From NCBI GenBank assembly GCA_963785305.1, contig CAWAUV010000008.1, forward strand, positions 448,001-512,000: a stretch of DNA of 64,000 bases, written 5' to 3'. Under the pieces are notes generated by a model that saw only the letters and a program-made list of their open reading frames with translations, was not told where the DNA came from and searched no databases. Shown one piece after another: positions 56,001-64,000 of this stretch (its first letter is position 1; the number at the start of each line of letters is the position of its first letter). This DNA is from an uncultured Planctomycetaceae bacterium (GTDB lineage Bacteria > Planctomycetota > Planctomycetia > Pirellulales > PALSA-1355). A program made the position numbers and the translations under genes.

Positions 56001-56735
56001 ATGCGTTGTTCCACTTGTTTCAATTCGATGTTCCTCGCGATCGTCGCGTGCGCGTGCGCCGGCTTTGGCGCTTTGCGCGGCGTGGCCCAAGAATACAAAA
56101 GCGGCAAGCACTTCCCCGAGCCGAAGGTGATCGATCCGGGCCCGATCGGCGGCCCGCCCTCCGACGCGATCGTGCTCTTCGACGGCACGGACCTTTCGGC
56201 CTGGGACAACGGCTATAAGTGGATCGTGGCCGATGGCGTGGCCGTGGCCCATGAAACGGCGATCGAGACGAAGCAACAGTTCGGCGACTGCCAGTTGCAT
56301 GTCGAATTCGCGGAGCCGGAGTCGGTCTCGGGCGCGGGGCAGGGGCGCGGCAATAGCGGCATCAAGATGATGCTGCGATATGAAATCCAGATTCTCGACT
56401 CGTACAACAACACCACGTATTTCGATGGCCAAGCCGGCTCGATCTACAAGCAGTTTCCGCCGCTGGTCAACGCTTGCCGCAAGCCGGGCGAATGGCAGAC
56501 GTATGACATCGTGTTCGAGACGCCGCTCTTCGACGAAAAGGGCAAAGTCCAGAAGCCGGGCTATGTGACGATCCTGCAAAACGGCGTTGCGGTGCAGAGC
56601 CACACCCAGATTCAAGGCGCGACATCGTTCAAGGAACCCGGCACCTATTTGCCCCATCCGCCCAAGCAGCCGGTTCATTTGCAGTATCACAACAACCCGG
56701 TGCGGTTTCGCAATCTCTGGATTCGCGAAATGTAG
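56001..56735 (+). CDS. DUF1080 (3-keto-disaccharide hydrolase-like) secreted protein
   Basis: PPSDAIVLFDG, FGDCQLHVEF, GNSG, EIQILDS, WQTYDI, LQYH and FRNLWIR. Confidence 0.9.
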   Translation: MRCSTCFNSMFLAIVACACAGFGALRGVAQEYKSGKHFPEPKVIDPGPIGGPPSDAIVLFDGTDLSAWDNGYKWIVADGVAVAHETAIETKQQFGDCQLHVEFAEPESVSGAGQGRGNSGIKMMLRYEIQILDSYNNTTYFDGQAGSIYKQFPPLVNACRKPGEWQTYDIVFETPLFDEKGKVQKPGYVTILQNGVAVQSHTQIQGATSFKEPGTYLPHPPKQPVHLQYHNNPVRFRNLWIREM

Positions 56736-56830
56736 GGTCCAGAGTTGCCCGCGAACTTGCCGATGCGGCCCGAATCGGGCGCCGGCCCCAGGGCAGCCGG
56801 GCGCCAGGGCAGCGCCCGCTGGAAGCAAAC

Positions 56831-56858
56831 TTGACAGGCGCCACGATCCGACTACGAT
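56831..56858 (+). promoter_or_regulatory. Putative sigma70 promoter of the STAS/anti-sigma operon
   Basis: TTGACA-N16-TACGAT. Confidence 0.5.
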
Positions 56859-56985
56859 GGCGAATTGCGGAGCGGGGCTTCGGGCGCATTGCATGTCTCG
56901 TGGGCGGCGCGCTCCGAGGGCTTCGTCGCGTCTGCCCAGCGCGAAGTTTTTCAACGGACCCACACCGGGTCGAAGGAGCCAATCC

Positions 56986-57339
56986 ATGCCGGCTTTGCGT
57001 CGGTTGCAGATCACCGAGGTCAACGATGTGACCGTGGTGCGATTCGTCGATCGCAAGATTCTCGACGAAGCCAACATCCAGGAGCTGGGTCAAGAACTGT
57101 TTCGGCTGGTGGAAGAAGACAATCGCAAGAAGATTCTGCTGAACTTCTCGATGGTCGAGTTTCTTTCGAGCGCCGCGCTCGGCAAATTGATCACGCTGCA
57201 CAAGAAGGTCAAGCAGCACTCCGGAATGCTGAAGTTGAGCAATATCCGGCCCGAAATCTACGAAGTCTTCGCGATCACCAAGCTCAACAAGCTGTTCGAT
57301 ATCAAGGACGAGGAATCCGACGCTCTGGCGAGCTTCTGA
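56986..57339 (+). CDS. STAS-domain anti-sigma factor antagonist
   Basis: LNFSMVEFLSSAALG and EVFAITKLNKLF; RBS GAAGGAG. Confidence 0.92.
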   Translation: MPALRRLQITEVNDVTVVRFVDRKILDEANIQELGQELFRLVEEDNRKKILLNFSMVEFLSSAALGKLITLHKKVKQHSGMLKLSNIRPEIYEVFAITKLNKLFDIKDEESDALASF

Positions 57340-57391
57340 CGAGCGCCGGCCTCACGCCCCCCACCTCGCGCCCCCGCTTTGGGATCCCCGC

Positions 57392-57825
57392 ATGGCGTTG
57401 GACCCGGTTATCTGGTCGGCCAGGCTGCTCCTGCCTAGCGATGTAAACGCGACTTACCCCGTGCTCGAGGAAGTCGGCGCTCGCATGCGGGAGCGCGACT
57501 GGACGCCCCGCGACATTCATGGCGTGCAGCTCTCGTTGGAAGAGGCGCTGAGCAACGCCATTCGCCATGGAAATCGGCGCGATCGCGCAAAGCATGTTCG
57601 CTTTCAGTGCGAAGTGTCGCGGCGGCATATCCGCGGCTCGTGGCCGACGAAGGCCCCGGCTTTCGCCCCGCCGAAGTGCCCGACGGCGCCGCCGATGAAA
57701 ATCTCGACAAGCCCGGCGGCCGCGGCCTGCTCCTGATGCGCCACTACATGACGCGCGTCGCTTTCAACCGCGCCGGCAACGTGGTGGTGCTGGAAATGGA
57801 GCGCCGCCGGCGGCCGGAGAAGTGA
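57392..57825 (+). CDS. RsbW-like anti-sigma factor/Ser kinase (HATPase_c); frameshift ~57635
   Basis: EEALSNAIRHGN, DEGPGF and GRGLLLM; follows the STAS gene. Confidence 0.85.
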
Positions 57826-57852
57826 GCTGCCCGATCGCGAGCATTGGCGAAC

Positions 57853-59589
57853 CTACGAGGCATGCGTCTGGCTGATCGTGCTCGAGGTCGAGGGGCCAAG
57901 GTCCGCGTTCACCGCCGGCAGTTCCACCACGAACCGGCTGCCGGAGCCGATGCTGCTCTCGAGCGTGATCTGGCCGCCATGCTCCTTCACGATCTTCTGG
58001 CTCACCGGCAGGCCAAGCCCCGTGCCGCGCCCGCCCTTGGTCGAGACGAAGATATTGAAGATCTTTTCCTGGTCCTCCGGCGCAATGCCGCTGCCGTTGT
58101 CCGCGATGCTCACGCGCACCAGCTCGGCGCCGGGCACATATTCCGTGGCGACTTCCACCCGGGCATCGTCGCGCTGCTCGCAGGCGTCGATCGCATTGGC
58201 GCCGATATTCAAGATCGCTCGATGCAGCGCTTCGGGGTCGAAGATCAGCGACGGCATTTTCTCGTCGAGTTGGAGCGTGATCACGACATTCAACTCGCGG
58301 GCCCGCGCTTGCATGAGCTCGACGACTTCGCGGACCACGCGATTCATGTCGCTGGGAACCGGCTCGGGCTCGCGTTCCTTGCTGTAGGTGAGCATATCCA
58401 TGACCAAGCCGGAAATCTTATTCTGATTTCGCTCGACCATATCCCAGCCTTTGCGGACCACGGTTTCGTCGTGGCCCGAGAGGCCCATTTCGATGAGGTA
58501 GCTTCCGCCGCGAATGCCTTGCAAGATGTTTTTGATATGGTGCGAGAGCATGGCGATGGTTTGGCCGATGGCCGCCAGCCGCTCGGCCTGCACCATGGCG
58601 GAATAATACCGCGTGTCTTCCACCGCCAGGGCGGCCTGATGGCCGATGGCGATCATGAGCTTCAGATGATCTTCGTTGAATTTGTTGGCCACGCCCGAGG
58701 CCATCATTTGCTGGGGCGTGGTCGAGGTGTCGATATAGATGATGCCGACCACGTCGTAGCGTCCCTGCATCGGCACGCAGATCGCCTCGCGCACGCCAGC
58801 CCGCATGATGCTCGCCGCCGGGTTCCAGCGTTGATCGTCTCGGGCATCGCTCGTGAGCACGCCTTCGTTGCGCGTGCGCACATAGTCGAGAATCGTCTTG
58901 CTGATCGAAAGCTTTTCTTCCGGATCGATGCCCGCGCGGGTACGGCGCACCTTGGGCGCCAACTCCTTCGTCTCGGCGTCATGGAGCAGAATGCAGCCGC
59001 GGTCGGCCTCGACCCACTCGAAGATCAACTGCAAGATGCGGTTAAGCAGTTGGTCGATATCGAGCGTCTGGCTCACGGCCAGCGCCGTGCGATACATCAC
59101 CTGCAAATTTCGCTGAGCGCCGGCGAGCCAGGGGCTCGAGGCGCCGCCGCTCGAGGCCCCATCGCCCGGCTGGGGATTGAAGAGCTGACTACTCTCCTGA
59201 TGGGTCATGGCCCGCAAAATGCGAGAGCCATCGGCCCCGGCCGCGCGGGGCGGCACGATGGAAATCTGGGCCGAGAGATCGCCAGGCGTTTCGCCTAGGC
59301 CGGTAAAAAGCATCAGGGTGCCGCCGATCTGCACTCGGTCGCCACTGGAGAGATCATGGCTGGCGACGCGGCGGCCGTTGACATAGGTGCCATTCGACGA
59401 GCCGAGATCGGTGAGCGTGAGCACGGGGCCTTCGCGACGCACTTCGGCATGGCGCCGCGAGACCTCGGTGTCGTGAAGCTGGATCGGGTTCGACGAATCG
59501 CGACCGAGGCCCGAGAGGCCTTCTTCCAGTTCGAATTTCGTGCCCTGATCGCGACCTTGAATCACGAACAGGCTGGGGAGCGAGGGCAC
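57853..59589 (-). CDS. FHA-GAF sensor histidine kinase
   Basis: FHA (GR...VSRRHA...DLGSSNGT), a GAF domain, H-box SHHIKN, and NAIDA, DNGSG, GTGLGL. Confidence 0.92.
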   Translation of the reverse strand: MPSLPSLFVIQGRDQGTKFELEEGLSGLGRDSSNPIQLHDTEVSRRHAEVRREGPVLTLTDLGSSNGTYVNGRRVASHDLSSGDRVQIGGTLMLFTGLGETPGDLSAQISIVPPRAAGADGSRILRAMTHQESSQLFNPQPGDGASSGGASSPWLAGAQRNLQVMYRTALAVSQTLDIDQLLNRILQLIFEWVEADRGCILLHDAETKELAPKVRRTRAGIDPEEKLSISKTILDYVRTRNEGVLTSDARDDQRWNPAASIMRAGVREAICVPMQGRYDVVGIIYIDTSTTPQQMMASGVANKFNEDHLKLMIAIGHQAALAVEDTRYYSAMVQAERLAAIGQTIAMLSHHIKNILQGIRGGSYLIEMGLSGHDETVVRKGWDMVERNQNKISGLVMDMLTYSKEREPEPVPSDMNRVVREVVELMQARARELNVVITLQLDEKMPSLIFDPEALHRAILNIGANAIDACEQRDDARVEVATEYVPGAELVRVSIADNGSGIAPEDQEKIFNIFVSTKGGRGTGLGLPVSQKIVKEHGGQITLESSIGSGSRFVVELPAVNADLGPSTSSTISQTHAS

Positions 59590-59725
59590 AGACCGAACTC
59601 CGCGCGTGGCGCCAAGAGGAAACTTCGTCCTGGGGCCGACCGAAAGCGTCGCTTCCGCGCTCGACGTTGCGCCGCGCGCGGCATGGCCCGCGACCTTGGG
59701 GAAACAAGCGCGGAGCTTCCTCCCC

Positions 59726-60130
59726 CTAGGCGCAGCGCCGCAGTGGCGGCTCGGCGGCCCCTTCCAACAACGCCTCGATTTTACGGATCAGCGGCGCGTA
59801 ATGATAGGGTTTGTCCATGAACTGCCAGCCCGGCCGCACATGTCGCATGCGGCGGGCCCCGCCGAGCATCAGCACCGGCGTCTCGCTCGCCTCGGTTTCG
59901 GCGTTAAAGTCCGCCGCCAGCGAGTCGGCCGCGGCGCCGTCGAGCTCCAGATCGAGCACGACGAGGTTCGGGCGATGCCGGCGAAGCATTTCCAAGCCCC
60001 GGTCGGCCCGGTGGGTTTCGAGCACATGCGTCCGCTCGCCTTCCAGGGCGGTTCGCAACACTTCGCGCGTTTCGGCCGATTGGTCCACGATGAGGACAGT
60101 GCGTCTGGGGTGCAAGGAAGGATTCTCCAC
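59726..60130 (-). CDS. Single-domain response regulator receiver (start uncertain)
   Basis: VLIVD...PNLVVLD...KP. Confidence 0.7.
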   Translation of the reverse strand: MENPSLHPRRTVLIVDQSAETREVLRTALEGERTHVLETHRADRGLEMLRRHRPNLVVLDLELDGAAADSLAADFNAETEASETPVLMLGGARRMRHVRPGWQFMDKPYHYAPLIRKIEALLEGAAEPPLRRCA

Positions 60131-60293
60131 GGTGTCCCTGACGTACGCTGGAATCAGCGGCGCGGCGTTGTCGGTAAGCACAACGTCCCCCAGAAAACGC
60201 GCCGCGTTCCAACATTCTTCAGCCCGGTGGTCGAGTCGCGGGGACATCCGTGTCCACGCGTTTCCATCGCCAGGGGCAGCGTCAAGGCCGGAG

Positions 60294-60322
60294 AGAATAC
60301 TGATCGGCGGCTTGCGTGTCAA
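60294..60322 (-). promoter_or_regulatory. Putative sigma70 promoter for the receiver/kinase genes
   Basis: Minus strand TTGACA-N17-TATTCT. Confidence 0.55.
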
Positions 60323-60480
60323 AAGCGAAATTCGCTTGACGTGCCGTGTAATTTTTACAAAGAATGCGTGAGGCGCCTCGCTGCTTGCGCGAGCATCGGC
60401 GAGGCGCCAAGGCCCCCAACTTCGATCTCCAAACGCCGCGTTTCCCTTTCCGGCCCCCAAAAACAACCGCGAGGCTGCTC

Positions 60481-62640
60481 ATGCCGATTTTTCGTCACCC
60501 TCGGACTTCCGCTCCCGAGACTTTCCGGCCCCGGCCGAGGTTTCGGGCGATTCCGGGCGCCGCCCTCTCGAAACTTGGCTTCGCGGCAGCGCTCGCCGGA
60601 AGCTTGGGCCTCGCGCGACTCACCGTGCCAGGCGCCGCAATCGCCGCCGACGTCGCGGACAGCGCGGCGACAACGGCCGCGGCGCCAACGGCCGCGGGGG
60701 CGAACGACCCGGCGGAGGTCGAAATGCGACTCGCCGACGATGCCCGCTATTTGGCGGCCGATGAGCGCGAGGGCCGCGGAGTGGGCACGCAAGGGCTCGA
60801 GGCCGCGGCCGATTTTATCGCCAAGGAGTTCGCCAAGGCCGGACTCAAAACCGATCTGTGGAATGGCGGCCCCTTTCAGAAATTTAACATTACCACCGGC
60901 CAAAGCCTCGGCTCGCCCAACTCGCTCGCGTTTGTCGGCCCCAAGCCCAACTCGGCCACCGACGAACTTCGCTTTGAACTGAGCCTCGAAACCGATTTCA
61001 CCCCGCTGGCGATCGGCGGCTCGGGCACGTTTGATCTGCCGCTCGTGTTCGTCGGCTACGGCATCACGGCAAATAAGGAAGAATACGACGACTACGCGGG
61101 CGTCGATGTCAAAGGCAAGGCGGTGCTTGTGCTTCGCCATGAGCCGCAGCAGGGCAACCCGCACAGCGTGTTCGAGGGAACCGAGCCGTCGCGACATGCC
61201 GCTTTTGCCCGCAAAGCTTCGAATGCCTATGAACATGGCGCCGCCGCCGTGATCTTTTGCTCCGACGAGCACGACCTTAGGAAGTCCGCCGCCAATTGGG
61301 AAAAACGCTGGCGCGCGGCCGTCGACGAGCTCGCCCAACAGCAAGCCAAGCTGAAGGGGCTAGAACACCCGACCGACGAAACACTCCTTCCGCTCCGCGA
61401 CCAGATCGATCACACGGCCGACGACATCCAACGAGCCGCCGCCGCTTGGCGCAACGCGCCTCGCGAAGTGCTCAAGTTCGACGGCGCCGGCAACCAAAGC
61501 TCGGGCCGCGACATGCCGGTGCTCTACTGCGCCCGCCATTTCGCCGAACAGGTGGTCAAGGCCGCGACCGGCGAAGAGCTGGGCGCGATCGAAGCCGGCA
61601 TCGACAAGGACCTCAAGCCTCATAGCCTCGAGCTCGCCGGCTGGCGGGCCACCGGCATCACGAATGTCATGCAGCGGAAGGTCGAGGCCAAGAACGTGGG
61701 CGCGGTGCTCGAGGGCGCGGGGCCGCTGAGCGATGAAACACTCATCATCGGCGCCCATTACGACCACCTCGGATTCGGCGGTAGCGACTCCCGCTCGCCC
61801 GGCTCCAAGGAGATTCACAACGGCGCCGATGACAACGCCTCGGGCGCCGCTTCGCTCATCGAGATCGCCCGGCGTCTGGCGGCTCGGCCCGAAAAGCTGC
61901 CGCGCCGGGTGCTGTTTCTCGCCTTCACGGGCGAGGAAATGGGGCTCTTGGGCAGCGCCCATTATGTGCGCGAGCCGCTCTATCCGCTCGACAAGACGGT
62001 CGCCATGCTCAACATGGACATGGTCGGCCGGCTGACCGATCGGAAGTTGATCGTTTACGGAACCGGCACATCGAGCCAATTCGAGCCGCTGGTCGAACAG
62101 TTCGCCAAGCAGCAAGATTTCAAACTCACCAAACACGCCAGCGGCTTCGGCCCGAGCGATCAGTCGAGTTTCTATGCGGCCCATATTCCGGTGCTGCATT
62201 TCTTCACCGGCAGCCATGCCGACTATCATCTGCCGAGCGATGACTTCGAAAAGCTGAACATTTCCGGCATGCGTGAAATCGAGGAGCTCGTGACGCGAAT
62301 GGCGGTGGCGGTCTGCGAATCGCCCAAGCGACCCGACTATCTCGAAATTCGCCCCGTGGTGCGCGGCGGGGGCGATCGCCCCTACTTCGGCAGCATTCCA
62401 GACTTTGCCCAAGACAAGCCCGGCTATGCGCTCACGGGAGTGGCCAAGGATAGTCCCGCGCAGCGAGCCGGCATTCGCGCGGGCGATGTGATCGTTCGCC
62501 TGGGCGAAAGCCGCATCGGCAATCTCGAGGACTTCGACAGCGCGCTAAGAAAGTTCAAGGCCGGCGAACGCGTGCCGGTCGTGGTGCGCCGCGGCGAGAG
62601 CGAGCAAACCCTGGAGGTCACGCTCGATCCGCCGCGCTGA
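60481..62640 (+). CDS. M28-family aminopeptidase with PA and PDZ domains
   Basis: GAHYDHLG, NGADDNASG, GEEMGLLGS, NMDMVGR, SDQ and YH-PSD; PA insert; C-terminal PDZ domain. Confidence 0.92.
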   Translation: MPIFRHPRTSAPETFRPRPRFRAIPGAALSKLGFAAALAGSLGLARLTVPGAAIAADVADSAATTAAAPTAAGANDPAEVEMRLADDARYLAADEREGRGVGTQGLEAAADFIAKEFAKAGLKTDLWNGGPFQKFNITTGQSLGSPNSLAFVGPKPNSATDELRFELSLETDFTPLAIGGSGTFDLPLVFVGYGITANKEEYDDYAGVDVKGKAVLVLRHEPQQGNPHSVFEGTEPSRHAAFARKASNAYEHGAAAVIFCSDEHDLRKSAANWEKRWRAAVDELAQQQAKLKGLEHPTDETLLPLRDQIDHTADDIQRAAAAWRNAPREVLKFDGAGNQSSGRDMPVLYCARHFAEQVVKAATGEELGAIEAGIDKDLKPHSLELAGWRATGITNVMQRKVEAKNVGAVLEGAGPLSDETLIIGAHYDHLGFGGSDSRSPGSKEIHNGADDNASGAASLIEIARRLAARPEKLPRRVLFLAFTGEEMGLLGSAHYVREPLYPLDKTVAMLNMDMVGRLTDRKLIVYGTGTSSQFEPLVEQFAKQQDFKLTKHASGFGPSDQSSFYAAHIPVLHFFTGSHADYHLPSDDFEKLNISGMREIEELVTRMAVAVCESPKRPDYLEIRPVVRGGGDRPYFGSIPDFAQDKPGYALTGVAKDSPAQRAGIRAGDVIVRLGESRIGNLEDFDSALRKFKAGERVPVVVRRGESEQTLEVTLDPPR

Positions 62641-62656
62641 TCCGCGCCTCGGGCGG

Positions 62657-63538
62657 TCAACCGCGCATTCGGCTCAGCAGCCCTTCGACAATCGGTTGCT
62701 GCGCCGAATATGCCGGCTCAGCGCCTGTCCGGCCAGCGGCCAATCTTCGGCGAGCAGCGCCGTGAGAATCTCCCGATGTTGTTCGGCCATCGCTTCCACG
62801 ACCCGCGCTTCGGGCGCCGCGAAGTCCAGCAGCATTTCGTAATTCGCGCCGTGGCGGGCGAAGAAATCGCTCACATAGCGGTTCTCGGCCCGCTCGACGA
62901 GATAGGCGTGTAGTCGATTGTCGAGCCGCGGCGATTCGCCCGGCGCGGCCGATCGATTGCCGCTGAGCATCGCGCAGCTCGTCGGCGGCCAAGCGTCCTC
63001 GAGCCAATTCCAGGGCCTTGAGCTCCAGGGTCTCGCGAATCGTGAGATACGCGGCCAAGTCGGCGGTGCTTAGCGGCCGCACGCGCCATCCACAGCGCGG
63101 CACATGCTCGAGCAGCCCCGCCCCGGCCAAGCGAGAGAAGGCTTGTCGCATTGCCGTGCGGCCGACGCCAAACCGCTCGCTCGTGGCCTCTTCGCGCAGG
63201 TAACCACTCTCGGCCAGCAGGCTCCGCCGCAAGATATCCTGCATGAGCAGGGGTTCCCAAGTCGGTTGCGCGAAGCCGGCGGCGACATCGGCCATGCTCT
63301 CCTTGGTTCCGTCAGCTCGATGAGCGCCATGGCTCGCCGGCGGGTGCGGACACTGCCGCAACCGGCCATCGGGCTTTTTTTCGAGATAGCGTTCGTCGAT
63401 AAGCTGTGCGACCGCCGCCCGCACCGGCGTGAAGCTCACGCCGTAGCTTCGCGCTAGCGATTCGAGTCGTAGGTCGATCACAGTCTGGGATTGGATTCGT
63501 GATTTCAGATCTTGAGCGATTTGGCGAGCGATAGTCAT
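62657..63538 (-). CDS. GntR/FadR-family regulator with two wHTH domains and FCD (frameshifted)
   Basis: LARSYGVSFTPVRAA and SERFGVGRTAMRQA, then the FCD-like R-TLE, DNRLH and EQHREIL. Confidence 0.8.
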   Translation of the reverse strand: MTIARQIAQDLKSRIQSQTVIDLRLESLARSYGVSFTPVRAAVAQLIDERYLEKKPDGRLRQCPHPPASHGAHRADGTKESMADVAAGFAQPTWEPLLMQDILRRSLLAESGYLREEATSERFGVGRTAMRQAFSRLAGAGLLEHVPRCGWRVRPLSTADLAAYLTIRETLELKALELARGRLAADELRDAQRQSIGRAGRIAAARQSTTRLSRRAGREPLCERFLRPPRRELRNAAGLRGARSAGRGSDGRTTSGDSHGAARRRLAAGRTGAEPAYSAQQPIVEGLLSRMRG

Positions 63539-63597
63539 GGTGCAAGGTCGAAGAGCGGGTAACTTACAGCGTCTTTCGACCATTTTTACTTGATTTC

Positions 63598-64000
63598 TCA
63601 TGCGATGTCGAGCACTGGCTCGCCCAAAACTTCGCGTCGCGGTTCGACCCCCAGGCCTGGCGCCCGAGAAGCCGCCATGCGGCCGTGGTCCCGGCTCGGG
63701 GCGCCGTCGGCGATCCGCACCGGGGTATAGCTGTTGAAATCGGTGGAGCTAAACAGCAGGTCCGGCGGAGTGCTGTGGGCCAAATGCGCAATGGCGGCCG
63801 TGACGATATCGCCGCCCCAACTGTCTTCGATCGTCATCGCCAAGCCCAGCGAGGCGCAAAGATCGCGGGCCTGCCGGGCCTTGGTCAGGCCGCCCAATTT
63901 GCTGATCTTGAGGTTCACTGCGTCCATGGCGTGATCCCCGTGCGCGCGGAGCACCATGGCCAGCGAGTCGATCACTTCGTCGAGCACGAAAGGCAAATCG
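63598..64000 (-). CDS. Mandelate racemase/muconate lactonizing (enolase superfamily) protein, C-terminal part
   Basis: [22 protein letters not shown] and PGLGV; truncated by the window end. Confidence 0.85.
   Translation of the reverse strand, partial: DLPFVLDEVIDSLAMVLRAHGDHAMDAVNLKISKLGGLTKARQARDLCASLGLAMTIEDSWGGDIVTAAIAHLAHSTPPDLLFSSTDFNSYTPVRIADGAPSRDHGRMAASRAPGLGVEPRREVLGEPVLDIA

Overview
A 64-kb, GC-rich chromosomal window that most likely comes from a planctomycete (Pirellulales-like). This is inferred from the FlgI-HEAT lipoprotein, the MraZ paralogue type, DUF1080, a sulfatase-like protein and the M28-PA-PDZ peptidase. The backbone is housekeeping and envelope genes: pyrG, kdsB, msrAB, mutL, glnB, cimA, valS, ndh, purM, tsaD, glycosyltransferases and signalling proteins. 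Many genes, including essential ones, carry single-base frameshifts, probably indel errors from an uncorrected long-read assembly. Accessory elements: (i) a lower-GC operon of two coupled P-loop ATPases, the second with HTH and TPR domains, behind a near-consensus promoter (8.3-12.7 kb); (ii) an ABC-ATPase + TOPRIM-like pair (PARIS-like defence architecture) split by a complete IS3-family element and bracketed by an exact 87-bp promoter duplication (34.6-38.1 kb); (iii) nested small mobile repeats. These include a 468-bp internally deleted IS110/IS1111-type element that sits in a REP-like palindrome and keeps its 3' non-coding region with short matches to its own junction and target, making it a candidate orphan bridge/seek RNA (39.7-40.2 kb). 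Two intergenic structured-RNA candidates were noticed (7981-8096 and about 28646-28736). No rRNA, tRNA or CRISPR array was found. All calls come from reading the sequence; no database search was run.
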